64,000 bases of DNA, taken from Lama glama. Lineage: Eukaryota. Numbering within the stretch: the first letter of the stretch is position 1; each line of letters opens with the position of its first letter. The notes under the pieces were generated by a model. The model was given only the letters and a program-made list of their open reading frames with translations, had not been told where the DNA came from and made no database searches. Shown here piece by piece: positions 12,088 through 24,690 of the stretch. The DNA is taken from the NCBI GenBank assembly GCA_028534125.1, contig CM052816.1, positions 34,660,001-34,724,000 of the forward strand. The letters are read 5' to 3'. The position numbers and the translations under genes were made by a program.

Positions 12088-15000
12088 TACCTTTCCCCCT
12101 GCTTTATTTTCAACCAAACTTTGGTATTGATTTTAGCTACTGCCAGAGGGTAGGTGTGGGACAACTGAAGAAAATGCCTGACTTTTTCCTCTGCTTTAAC
12201 TCTTCCCTCAGGAGAAGGTGGCTTGTGCCCTCTAGACCTTGCAGGATTGTACCTTCTTCTTTCCCCAGTACTCCCTACAGGAATTTGTATGTTCCCTAAA
12301 AGCTGAATAAGTGTTTTAAAGCAAGCACTATGATGCTTGAGACTTAAAGAAGAGCCCATTATGAGTTGAAAAGAATTCCCAGCTGTGTTTTCACTAGTCC
12401 CAGATCCCAGCAGCAGCAGTCAGTACGCAGGGGACTCCATTTCTTAAGCTCTGTATGTATATGTATATTTGCACATCAGTGTGCATGAGTGCATGAATTT
12501 GAAGCAGTTGAAAAGCCCTAAACCTTAGAGATGAATTAATTTTCTTCGTGAGACAGACCTGAGTATCTACAAGTACAAAGTAAATACATCATACTTGTCT
12601 GTTTATTAAATTGTAAAGATTCTCAGCATGATTTCAAACATTAGGGGCATCAAACGAAATCAAAAGCATAGGTCTTCATGTCAGAGCAAGTAAGGGCATG
12701 AACACAAAGAAAGTAATTCAAGATAGGTTGAGAAGTATCAACATATATTGAAAAAAAGTGCAATGAGGTTTAAAGTAGATTCAAGGTTAGTGAATAAAGG
12801 AATTCCTCTCTAGCCTGGAATAACATAAAGTCAGTCTGAATTTCCTCCTTACTAGGGGAACTGATTCTCATAAATATATGTGGAATTTCCTCTTAAGATT
12901 GTGCATAAGCAAGGGAGAACTAATTAAACTGAAATGAAAAGGAGAGTTTGGAAATGAGGTGTAGAGAGATGTCACTGTTCTTCTAAACTAAGAAAATTAA
13001 CACTTTGGGTATCCATCACTTTTCACTGGATTAACAGCCAATGAAGCTCAGAAGCCTAATCCAAAGACAAAGTCAGGTTTAAAGGAACACTGTCTCCAAC
13101 TTTCTTACACGGCACTTATCTGATAACCTGTAAAGTCCATCATTTACCACTTTGGTCAAAAGTATAATCAGTTAAAATAAAAGCATTAGACCTAATATGC
13201 CCATCATCAGACATGATGCCACTTGTGTCTCCACCTGTAGTCCTCATCATTTGGCACTGACCGTAACCCATTTGGGTTTCTGAGTGCCTGACTGAATGAC
13301 TTTAGATTTCTGTACTGAACTTTGAATGCCAATTTCCCCCAGCCCTGGACTTAATTTTTGCTCTCTTTGTTTACCGCTCACCCGAAGTCATCATTATCTG
13401 CCAGTTAAGGAGCTTTTGAAACCTTGTCCTCCATGGGATCATTCACATCCTCCTTGAAAATCTCAATAATACATGAACAGAGGCTTAACACTAAAAGAGC
13501 CAAAAACAAGTAGCAGGGAAAAATCATAGCACAGGCAAAAATGACCGAATGTCTGAATGTCCTCAAAAAACCTGGGCAGGACGGAAGAGGAAGAAGGCAG
13601 TTTGGGAAAGGCGTTGCTGTGGCTAGAAAGACGGGGACAATGTTTCAGCCTTAATTGCCCACAATTTTCTCTGATTCATTATGCTCATTCACAAGCCTGG
13701 TATTATTTTGATGTCATTATTCTTTGGATGGCCTTGTTTTTATTTTTCAGAATACAAGAAAGGGACAAAAAGAATTTCATTACCAGCCTGTCAGGCAAGC
13801 TGTTCTCTTCTCAGAGGAAGAGAGTGATTGAATCTATGTCAGCAGAACTTTTCAGTTCACGCATTTTCCCTGGAGCTAGAAAACCGGTGTCCAGGGTGTG
13901 ACTTGCAGTCCACCCTTGTCCTCAGTATCGACAGTGGGGTCAGACTTGAGGTCTGATTCCTGAGTCTGTGTTGGGCCACAACTTCTTGGCAGCAATCTTA
14001 TGATGAAAGGAAAACTCGCAGCCGACTAGGATTTAGAGCTTTGCTCAAGGTCACAAGGGGCACCTTTGCGTAACAAGCTTCCTATGAAAAGCCCAGGGCG
14101 CCAGCAGAATCAAAGCTATTTGTTAAGGCATATCAGGCAGCCAAGAGCATCCATTACGCACTGTTTGTGGAGAATTTAGGGAATTAAAATGAAATAGAAG
14201 ATATGGCCCCTTCCTTTTAGAGTGTGAAATCTAATGGAGGGAATAAAATACACAGGCAAGAAAATGGGACACTTACAAATGAAAATAGATAGGAACACTT
14301 ATAGGATAGAAGCAGAGACATGCAAAGATGGTCATTGTTAATTGGACATGTACAGAGATATATACTATTGGCCTAAAACAGCCTGGGAGTGACTGAAAAA
14401 AAAAAGTCTGTGTAACCTTCACAGTGTGAAAAAATGAGATTTTAAGAAAGATGTTTCAGCCTCAGGTGAGACCACTTTGATGACCCACTCCCCCTGCAGG
14501 CTCCTTATCCTGTGCATCTCCCTCCGCTCTGTCTGGTGATGAGAATGACTAGACCCTATGCAAAAAATGAAATAGGAGAGGAGAGGAGTCAGATACTTGG
14601 GGTGGGGTGGAGAGGGGGTTAAAAGAATGTGAAGGAGGGGCTCCATAGAAAATCTGCCAACAATTGATAGGTTAGACATATGCAGCTCCCCAGAAGGCTA
14701 GAAATTTGTCCCTGTACCTACAGGTGAGGCATAGGGACAAGCTAGCCTGAATAGATACGCTTACCACACCTTGGATTCTGTCTAGTAGATTAGATGACTT
14801 GAATCTAAGGCAAAGGACTAAGACTAGTTTTAGGGGTACTTGGTAAGAAGAATTTGCCTGGTTGAGGGAGGGAATAAACCACTATGTTGTATTACCACAC
14901 CCCGTCCCTGGTCTATGGATGCACTCAGGTCTTCCAGAGTGGAAGATGAAGTCAAGGCAAGCCATGAAGGATCAACCAATCCACTGTCCAGTAAGGCCAT

Positions 15001-16779
15001 CTGACTGTCCTACCTGCTCCCTTCCTTGGATGAGGTTGGAAGGCCCAGGTTACATGGATGTGGACGTATACTAAGTAGATAAGGTGTGTGACAGAGAGAG
15101 GAACTGACCTGATAAGGGACGCTTACAGAGCACCGGGAGCACAACTTAACAGACTGAACTTTGGTTGCCTTTGCTGATGTATTGACCAAAACCGTTCTGT
15201 ACAGTTTGCTCAGCAGGCTGGCTTTCAGTGAACAAACATAACAGATTATGCTAAAAATCTGTGGTAAACCATACCACTTCTTACTTGCAGTGAAATTTCA
15301 TCCTAAACATGATGCTTTATCCAGTGTGCTAACCTCCAGGTATAAGCTTCAAAGGAGAAGAGAAGGCCTACAGTTTCTGAGGTCTTCCTCTTATCTAGGT
15401 GTCCCCGCAAAATGACATTCTTTGTCCTAAAATGGTATTAAGTGTCCCATGAACCCTCTCCAACAAGCTTCCATTTCCACAAACCCTGCCTCATAAACCT
15501 TCACTGCTTTGCACCAGAGCAGGTAAGGATTCTGATTATGGCAAAAAAAAAAAAAGTATATGTTAACAGTTGCTAAAAGTATTATCCAATTTATCTCCAA
15601 GTAAATGTCCCACAGTGACTTCAGGGACAGGGTTCTTTCTCTCCTTTTGGCTTTTTATACAAAATTCTTTTAAACTGCAAGCGTAGATTAAAATTTCCAT
15701 CAAATATAATTAGAAAAGGTGTACTGGAAGAATTATACATACATTCTTGAAAAGTTGTACCTATCACTACTCCATTTTATAAATTATTTCTTTAAAAATT
15801 ATGTTTTCTTTGTGATATTTGCATTTCAGAAAGCAAATTGAAATTAATCTTTTCTTCACTAGGAATACTGTAGGGTAAAGAACTTACACTAGCAATGAAT
15901 GAGTGTTTTGCAACCGTGCTTTTGCAAAAATGAAATATTACAAGTGACATTAGGAATAATGAATTGCAGAACAGTAGTGGCGGAAATCCTGGAGCTCTGT
16001 CATGGGAGGGTTAGAGTTACCACAAACTTCCCTTCTTATCACTAGCAGCCTTCAACCCGCTGTGTGAGTGAGAGCTTTGAGTTCAAGTGAGGACCCTGCA
16101 TCACCATGTGGAGAACTGTGTGTGCAGAGTGGGCGTCAGGAAGTAGTCCAGAATCCAGATAATTTTCTTCATGATTAAAATTTCTTGCTAACAGTTTATA
16201 GGTGAATTCACAAAAGGTTACTTCTACAGAGAGCAGGAAGGAGATAACTATGAAAACAGGACAATCACAATTCACCACAGGAATATTTACCAACGTAAAA
16301 TTTTGGTCCAAGGTACGTATATTAAGCTGTGGATTACAGCCTGTAGTATGACTGTGACCGTCTACAATTAGTTGAAAGGAAATAATTTTTTAATTAGGAT
16401 TGCCACTCATCTAGAGCCTGGGGTTAAAAAGTAGGAAAGGGAAAAAAAATCCAAAAACCTCTGCACATCAATTTCATGATCTTTTCTATCTTAATGCTCA
16501 GCCAGGATAAAGTAGCTCTAAGAAAATGAGATCTACAGCCTAAAAATGTAAGTACAGAATTAATTCCCTATTTAAAAATTAGATTATTGATTCTCTAAAC
16601 ATTTGGTTGCTAACCAGCACTTGTCCCTGGGATTGCGTCTTATTATAGGATACTGAGGCGGTATCAAAATCAGGAAGGGCTGAGTTTTACTCCCAGTTTT
16701 TTTCAAGTACCTAAATTTGGAGTATTTATCCTTTGGGGCCCTTGTGTAATTTTCCTCCCTTCAGGAGAGGTAAAGGGTG

Positions 16780-16950
16780 TGGTAGAAAGAACACAGGTCT
16801 TTGTGTCAGAAGGTAGAGAGGGTTCAGATCCACCCCTGACTAGCTCTAGACCTTGGACAAATCCCTTAATCCCTGAAAGCCTCAGCTTCCACATCCACAC
16901 AAAGGGGATAAACCTATCACAGATATCTATCTTAGAGATCATAAATGATA
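16780..16950 (+). mobile_element. MIR
   Basis: GGGTTCAGATCC...ACTAGCTCTAGACCTTGGACAAATCCCTTAA...AGCCTCAGCTTCCACATC. Confidence 0.7.
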
Positions 16951-17859
16951 CAGCACACGCAAACTGACTAACATACCGTAGCAAATCTCTTGGTTTGATG
17001 GCTTGAGCCCAAAACCTCACATCTACACACCGCCATCCCAGTGGAGTAATAACGAATGACAACAGTGGAAACAACAGCAGCTAGTTAGGCGCCCTGCCTT
17101 TCTTTTCTTGTTTTCCTTCTTGTATATATTTAAGATGTACAACATGATGATTTGATGTATGTATACACTGTAAAATATTCACTACAATCAAGGTAATTAA
17201 TATCCATCTCAGATGCCTTTCTAAGCAATAGGGATAGACATAGATATATAGTGGGGAGTATATATACATATATAAAACTCACTGTATGTATTTACACAGG
17301 AAGGAACTGAGATGCCAAGAGGTTAAGTACTATTCTTGAGGTTTTTCAGCTAGATGGCCATGCAACCAGGGTTCCAACCCAGTCTGGAGCTAAATATTGT
17401 ACTTACAACTTCTCTGCTGAGCTCTTCCTTCCCAGAATCCCCAGCTAAGAGCTGCTGACAGCTCACTGACTCTGACTGGGTTATGTGCCTCTTCTTAAGC
17501 CAATCACTGTAGGTTGCTGGGGACAGGATATGCTGATTGGCTTAAAGCAGTTAGGACCCACCTTGAAGCTGGGAATATGGTCTGTGCATTGACAGCAGCT
17601 GGATGAGGCAGGTACCAGGAGTCTTTGGCAAAAGGGACTGTTAGGGAAGAGGAGATGAATACTGGGAATGGATATAAACTGTTGGTGGAGCCTCCCAATG
17701 AGCTTGAGATTTAGAAGGAAAGGAAAACAGGTATGCAGGGCCATAATACAAGGCACTCAGTAATACACTTCACAGCTCACTTCTACATGGCATCAGGGTG
17801 CCTGCAGGTTGGTAAGTCTCCATTCCTTTTTTTCCTGTCCTGAATTACTTCTTGTCTAT

Positions 17860-18170
17860 TTTCATCCATCCATCCATTCATTCATTCATTCAATAGATAC
17901 CAGAGCATCTACCTTGTGTCATGCATGGGTGGCACTGGGACTTCTGAGGTGAACAAGGTGGTTACAGTTGCTGCCCGTTTGGAGCTCACACAGCACTGGA
18001 GGAACCACTGCTACAGTTAACAGTGCAATAAGCAGCCACAACAGGGAGCTGTGGTTAGGAAAGTGCAGGGTGATGTCCAAACCCATAACGGAGGGATCTG
18101 ACCCAGGTGTGAGTCCAGGGGAAGTTTCTAGGAATAAATGACACCAAATCCAAGACTCCAGGGGAAAGGA
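17860..18170 (-). mobile_element. L2 3' end with (ATCC)n/(ATTC)n tail
   Basis: CATCCATCCATCCATTCATTCATTCATTCAATAGATACCAGAGCATCTAC. Confidence 0.7.
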
Positions 18171-18829
18171 GGAGTTGGCTAAACAAAGGTGGATGCAGAT
18201 AGGACCTCAGAAACTCTGTCCTATAAATACTCTGGCTAGCTTTTTTCTCTAAGCCCTGTAGCAATGGCCTCAAAGCCACCATTAGAGTTCTTTTAAAGAA
18301 ATTTAAAATATGAGATTAATTGAATTGATTTATGTATACTTTATATTAGGTAAGACTGTACATTACCGAACTATGTTCCAGGAGCCCTAGGGTTCCGCAG
18401 AGGTCTCAGGGGCTCAGTGGATGGAAGTGAGGAGTAGAGATGGAGGATCTGTTCCTCTCAGAGGGCAAAGAAGCTGAGCAGGGAGACTCCTGGTCTCCTT
18501 TTGCCTGATTTGACTAGACCAGCTCTGCCTTTATGCTTTATATAGTGGAAAATTTAAGTATGTATTATTGGGAGGCTTAAAAATAAGGTTTGAATAGCCC
18601 TGAGATCAAATATGGATTTATTAGATTTCCTTAAACTGATTGTGTTGGAACATTTATTTATATAATCGAGCAATCAGGTCCTTGACTGGGATTATAACTA
18701 TCATCATGACACAGTCTCCATGAGAAAGTTCTGATTCAGCTTACATATTTCAAATTATAATGCCTTTTCTGGGAATTCATCCCTGTATAGAACTATCTGG
18801 TTGTGGCAAGAAAGACATGAGAGGTTCCA

Positions 18830-19700
18830 ACATATGCAATCAGATTTCAATGAGAAAAGAAAGTAGACTTTTGCTGTGAGTAATCTGTGATGCTTTCAGA
18901 GAGGCAGTAGCCTCTGAACCAGAATTTGTTGGATTTAAATAGTGATGGAAGAGAAAGAGGAGGGCTTTCCATATGAAAGGGGGAAAATGGAGAAAAACAT
19001 AGGGCAGAAATGCAAAATCATGTTTGGAGAAAAATAAGATAAATAACTTGGCTTGAACCTGAGTATTGTGTGGAGAAGTTACATGATTTGAGACTGAAAA
19101 AATAACTTGGGTCAACAGGGTAGAGGGACAAGAATGACAAATAATTCCCTTCCTTCATCAGGGCCTTTGTACTTGCTATTCTCTCTCCTTAGAATGCTCT
19201 CCCCAGATATCCAGATGATCAGGTCCTGCTCATTATTCATGTCTTCAGTCAAAGTCATTTCTTCCAAAAGGTCTACTTTGACCAACTTTTTAAAGCAATT
19301 CCCTCTTTACCCAGCAACTCACTCTCTACCTATTACTACATTTCATTTCCTTCACAGCACTAAATTACCTTGTTCGTTTGCTTACTTGTTTACTGCCTAT
19401 CTTCTCACTAGAAGGCAAAAGCCATGAAAGCAGGGATCTTTTCTATCTTGCTCACTGCTGAATCCCCAGTGCTGTGCAAGTGCATGGCACTTACCAGGTT
19501 CTCAGTAAGTATTTGCTCAATGAATGATTGTATGAGTTGTTCTTTAGTCAGTGGATAATGAGGAACCATACAATTTTTGAGTAAAGAGATGAATCCCAGT
19601 GGTATTCAAAAGAAGTTAATTTGACAGCAGACAGCAGATTTTAGGATGGAATGAGGCAGTATGAGATTTAAGGGCAGGGAGATCAATTAGGAGGCTATTT
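18830..19700. mobile_element. L2 fragments (nested, both orientations), left of the L1
   Basis: L2 3' motif GCAGGGATCTTTTCTATCTTGCTCACTGCTGAATCCCCAGTGC...CTCAGTAAGTATTTGCTCAATGAATGA, and purine-rich antisense L2 ending in AATTAGGAGGCTATT. Confidence 0.75.
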
Positions 19701-20550
19701 ATTTTATTTTATTTTAACTGGACCAGTCATTCTTTTTTTAATTGAGTAATAGTCATTTTACAATGTTGTGTCAAATTCTAGTGTAGAGCACAATTTTTCA
19801 GTTATATATGAATATATGTATATTCATTGTCACATTTTTTTTTTGCTATGAGTTACCACAAGATCTTGTATATATTTCCCTGTGCTATACAGTATAGTCT
19901 TGTTTACCTATTCTGCATTTTAAAATACCAGTCTGTCCTTTCCCACCCTCTGCCCACTTGGCAACCACAAGTTTGTATTCTATGTCTATGAGTCTGTTTC
20001 TGTTTTGTATTTATGTTTGGGTTTTTTTGTTGTTTGTTTTTTTTAGATTCCACATATGAGTGATCTCATATGGTATTTTTCTTTCTCTTTCTGGCTTACT
20101 CACTTAGAGTGACATTCTCCAGGAACATCGATGTTGCTGCAAATGGCATTGTTGTCGGTCTCTGTGGCTGAATAGTATTCCATTGTATAAATATATCACA
20201 GCTTCTTTATTCAGTCATCTGTTGATGGACATTTATGCTGTTTCCATGTCTTGGCTATTGTAAATAGTGTTGCTATGAACATTGGGGTTCAGGTGCCATT
20301 TTGAAGTAGGATTTCTTCTGGATATATGCCCAGGAGCGGGATTTCTGGGTCCTATGGTAAGTCTACTCCTAGTCTTTTGAGGAATCTCCATACTGTTTTC
20401 CACAGTGGCTTTCCTTGCTTCCCTCTCCCACTCTTAATGATTTAGTTGTCTTCTTTTACAATTTTGTGGGGTTTTTTTAGTTATTCATGGCAATTATCTC
20501 CTTTCCAGTTATGAGTTTCTCATTTTTGTAGCATCCTGCTTCTTTTCTAC

Positions 20551-21442
20551 TTAGAGTAGACCTGTCAATATTTCTTTTAGCATGGGTTTAGTGTTGCTAA
20601 ACTCTTTTAGTTTTTGCTTGTCTGTGAAGTTCTTTATCTCTCCTATTCTGAAGGATAGCCTTGCTGGATAGAGTATCCTAGGCTGCATCTTTTTTTCATT
20701 CAAGACTTTGAATATATCTTGCCACTCCCTTCTGGCCTGTAGTGTTTGTGTAGAGAAATCAGCTGGGAGCCTTATGGGGGTTCCATTGTAACTCACTCTT
20801 TGATTTTCTCTTGCTGCCTTTAGGATCATTTCTTTATCCTTGACTCTGGCCATCTTGATTATGATATGTCTTGGTGTGGGTCTGCTTGGGTTCTTCTTGT
20901 TTGGTACCCTCTGAGTCTCCAGTACTTGGATATCTGATTCCTTCTTTAGGTATGGGAAGTTTTCAGTCATGATTTCTTCAAATATCTTTTCAATCCACTT
21001 TGTTCTGTCTTCCCCTTCTGGAACCCCTATTATGCATAGATTGGCACACTTTATATTATCCCATAGGTCCCTTATGTTGTTTTCATTGTTTTTTATTTGT
21101 TTTTTCTCTCAGCTCTTCTAATTGGGTGCTTTCTGTTGTCCTGTCTTCTAGGTCACTTAGTCGTTCCTCTGCATTATCTAGCCTGCTTTGTACAGCCTTT
21201 AGATCAGCTCTCATCTCAGCAAATGAGTTTACTAATTCTACTTGGTTCTTCTTTATAGCTTGTATTTCATTTTTGACATATTTTGTATCTCTAAACACTA
21301 TTTCTTTTAGTTCCTTCAGTACTTCAATCACTCCTTTATTGAAATCTTGATCTAGTAGGCCATCAATGTCTATTTCCTTGATCGTGCTTTCAGGGGATTT
21401 CTCTTGATCTTTTAATTGGGAGTGGTTCCTCTGCTTCTTCAT
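20551..21442 (-). pseudogene. L1 ORF1p (coiled coil + RRM + CTD), frameshifted
   Basis: The ORF-track pieces 21083..21442 (MKKQRNHSQLK...RLDNAEERLSDLEDR) and 20551..20970 (ENFP...RPTPRHIIIKM...LQARREW...PRILYPARLSF) carry hallmark ORF1p motifs. The frame breaks between them near an A-rich run. Confidence 0.95.
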
Positions 21443-21445
21443 ATT

Positions 21446-21545
21446 NNNNNNNNNNNNNNNNNNNNNNNNNNNNNNNNNNNNNNNNNNNNNNNNNNNNNNN
21501 NNNNNNNNNNNNNNNNNNNNNNNNNNNNNNNNNNNNNNNNNNNNN
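21446..21545. other. Assembly gap (100 N) between the L1 5'UTR and ORF1
   Basis: Run of 100 n characters; true length unknown. Confidence 1.
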
Positions 21546-22710
21546 CTGCTCCCAGTGGCTGTCAGCTAGCAGATCACTCCCCCTCCTAACACTGGATCAG
21601 GAGCTGAGCTCTTACCCGGTGGGCGGACGGGTCACTCCCCCTCCCAATGCCGCTGTCAGATGCTGCACTGGGAGAGGGGAGGCAGGTTGGTGGATCGCAC
21701 CCCCTCCCAGCACCATGGGCAGATGCTGCGTTCCTGCCAGGAAGGGGGTTGGCCTCCCACCCTCTCCCAGCACTGGTCACTCTGCTGCTCTGTGCAGCTG
21801 CCCACTCCGCCTCCGGTCGGTGCTCCAAAGGCAGGCTCAGGGAAGACCGCAGAACAGCCCTGCGCCTGCTCCATGCCAGATCTCAGCTCCTTGTTTGTGT
21901 TGGCAGCGCGAGTTCTCTGAGGTGTCAGGGCAGAAAGATCCTATCTGCCTCGGGCTGTGAACAAGTCTCAGTCCTGCCTAGGAGGGTGCGGAGTCCCCGG
22001 TGCGGATTCCTGATTCTCAGCCCCGCCTCCGTCTGGGTGCTGTGCCCAGGAGAATATGGTGGCTGTGGCTGCGCCCTACCTCTCTTCTCAGGAGAAGCAC
22101 CAGTAATGGCGACACAGGTCTGGGGAGACAAATGCTATGGCACCCCTCCCCCCAGGGCACACTAGCCATGTTGCTTTGCTTTTTTCACAATTTATGGGGG
22201 ACTGAGGTTGTTCTGCTCCATATCCCCTCCCAGCCATGGCGTGTAGCACCCTGCAGTCCCCTGGGGCTGCCTCAGTGCAGCTGCCCCAGTCCTCCGCCTG
22301 GCTTGGGCGGCCTGTCCCGGCCCCAGCTGCCGGCTCGTGCCTTGGGCCGGGTGTTGTGGGGACCCTTTGTGCCCATTTAACTTAGTTCTGTAGGTCAAGG
22401 GATGTTCGGGGCAGATCTGAGCCTCGGAGGCTTCCCCTCCATCCCACTGGCCTCTCCTTTGAAGAGGAGAGACCTAGCGAATGAGCGCCTGTCCTCCTTT
22501 GCCGCTCCCTCCCCTTGGGACCAGTCCTGCACTGTTTTGCTTTTTCTTCTTTCTTTTTCCCTTTTATCCTACCAGATTTTTGGCATCTTTGTCTTTCGAA
22601 GAGGGCGATGTTCTGTCAGAGTTCGGCAGGTGCTCTGGTTGGCTGAGTAGGTCTGTAGATGTGAGTTTTGGTGTATTTGTGGGAGAGGGTGAGCTACAAG
22701 CATCCTTCTA

Positions 22711-22727
22711 CTCCACCATCTTGCTTC
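22711..22727 (-). promoter_or_regulatory. L1 5' terminus with YY1-like site (CAAGATGGtGG)
   Basis: Minus strand reads GAAGCAAGATGGTGGAG, directly adjoining the TSD. This matches the CAAGATGGCGG motif at mammalian L1 5' ends with one CpG decay. Confidence 0.7.
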
Positions 22728-23275
22728 TTAGGAGGCTATTTTAATAGTCAAAAGGGATAAGATCCTGAACTCTGGCAGTGGCAGTGGGATAGGTGAAAGA
22801 ATTGTGAAGATCAAAGGCATGTTACTTGAGGACTGATTAGATATGAGAGGTGGGGGACAGCTGGGAATTAAAGGAATGCCTTACTTAGAAAGAGGGAAAA
22901 GGACCTAGTTTGGGCAGAGTTCAAATTGAAGCATCCTGAGCTTTAAGTGACACAACATTTGGAAATGAAATATGAAATCATGTAGGCCATGTGTGCCCTT
23001 GCCTGTAAAGACGAGCTAGAAGAGGAAATAAAGATTTGGGAGTTAACAGCTTAGAAGTGATAGTTGACCCCTTGGTAGTGAATAAGGTCTCTGAGGAAAG
23101 GTATAGAAAGAAAAGTGCAGAGGGCTGAGAATAGCAGTGTGGAGAGCAGCTGTATTCCAAGGATGAAAGAAAGGGAAGGAGATGCAGGAAATGGGGTGGG
23201 AGAGGGGAGAAATTCAAGAAGGAAAAAGTGAATTGGAATGAGAGTATGTCAAGGTGATCACAGGATGCCAGAATA
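22728..23275 (-). mobile_element. L2, continuation of the element split by the L1
   Basis: Resumes at TTAGGAGGCTATT and continues with antisense L2 sequence (CCTGAACTCTGGCAGTGGCAGTGGGA, AAAGATTTGGGAGTTAACAGC). Confidence 0.7.
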
Positions 23276-24533
23276 TGAGGGATGAGGACATGCAGGATGA
23301 AGACAGGAACCTCCCACTTCTGTCCCTGCAATAGGAAGAGCAGTATTCAATGTCATCTGTTTACCATGACCAAGACCCTCTGCCCCTTTGCCACTCTTCC
23401 TAGAATCCTGAACCTACCTGTGTGTAAGTTCTACAGAACCCCTCAGCAAGCACACCTTTTCAAAGACCCTCCACAATTTTAAAACCCAATTGGTCTTTAC
23501 TGCTTTCCTGTATGTGATTTTTCTTCCCTTAATACCCGGTACCTAATGATGAAGATCTAGTTTGAATCTCTTAATTACTAGACATCAACAGTAGAATCAT
23601 GCAAATCACAATAACCATAATAATGGTCCATAATAGTTAATTATTTACACCTAATCTCATTAACATTGCTATTGCTTGTCATCACTGTGTGCCTATTAGA
23701 TAGGCTATAAGAAGAAAAAAAGGATAATGACTTCTCTTTCCTTTTTCAAAGTCATGGACTATGTTTCTAGTCATCTCTGGAATGTATCTCTATATGCCTT
23801 GTGTTTTTGACTAAGGTCTCACTGAATTTAAGTGAAAGTGGAATCTTTGGTACAGAAAAACCTTGATATAACCGAGGCAATTTAGAGCTTCCACCTCCCT
23901 TCAGGACCCCTGTACCTGGAGTCAAGTTATGTGAAAATCACTGCTGCCCCATAGGACTTTAAAAGTTAGAGTGATCAAATGTCTCCTCAGCCACGTTTAT
24001 TGAGCACATGCTAAAGTGTGTGCATAGAAAGTGGGAAAGATATGAAAAGGAAGCACCAGCCTTGGGCCTTTCACGGGCCTGGGGGAGGACATGCCTGGTA
24101 CAGGAATGATTATGGCATAAGAAGAAGACAGGTGTGCAGAGGGCTGCAGCCTGTGCCCTGAGCCCTAGGAGTGCTTTGTAGTCAGGCTCTGGGCAGCAAA
24201 AGATGAGGCAGAAACACCATCAGTCAGGACCGAGAGCCAAGATTAAAAACCACAGAAGCATGAGAGTCCCTGTTATAGTCCTGGATTCTTTGGGCTCAAG
24301 ACACTGGGTCACTAGGGAACAACATGGTTGAGTGTAGGACCCTATGGACCAGAGTTAGGCAGCAACTGAACTAAATTAGCCCTTCTGGAGAATGAACACC
24401 AGTGGGGACAAAAGGGAAACCAAGATCTAGTACCCAAGAAAAAGCAGTTTTAGTCTCCATATAGGAAACTCTTGGTGTTGGTCCAGTAAGCTTACAGAGA
24501 AAGGACATTTGTTGGCATTTAAAAATTAGGAAG

Positions 24534-24690
24534 CTAAGTGTCCATCAACAGATGAATGGATAAAGAAGTTATGGTATATATACAATGGAATACTACTGAG
24601 CCATAAAAATGAAATTTCATCATTTGTAACAACATGGATGGATTTGGAGGGTATTAGGCTAAGTGAAATAAGTCAGAGAAAGAAAAAAAA
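24534..24690 (+). mobile_element. L1 fragment (ORF2 C-terminus only, no 3'UTR)
   Basis: AAGTGTCCATCAACAGATGAATGGATAAAG encodes KCPSTDEWIK. The fragment ends in an A run. TSD core TTAGGAAG at 24526-24533 and 24692-24699. Confidence 0.88.

Larger units (their letters stand above)
19701..22727 (-). mobile_element. LINE-1, 5'-complete but ORF2-deleted (5'UTR + ORF1 + spacer + ORF2 C-terminus + 3'UTR + A tail), inserted in an L2
   Basis: 14-bp TSD TTAGGAGGCTATTT at 19687-19700 and 22728-22741. The 5' end reads GAAGCAAGATGGTGGAG (YY1-type motif) and is followed by a GC/CpG-rich 5'UTR. ORF1 homology spans 21442-20551. The ORF2 tail PLWKTVWRFLK starts at 20408. A-rich tail at 19701-19739. Confidence 0.95.

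Noticed and set aside
21000..21350. 116-aa hydrophobic plus-strand ORF
   Set aside because: It is the antisense shadow of A-rich L1 ORF1.
21586..22744. Cluster of overlapping ORFs up to 172 aa on both strands
   Set aside because: They lie in the GC-rich L1 5'UTR, where stop codons are scarce, and show no recognisable domains.
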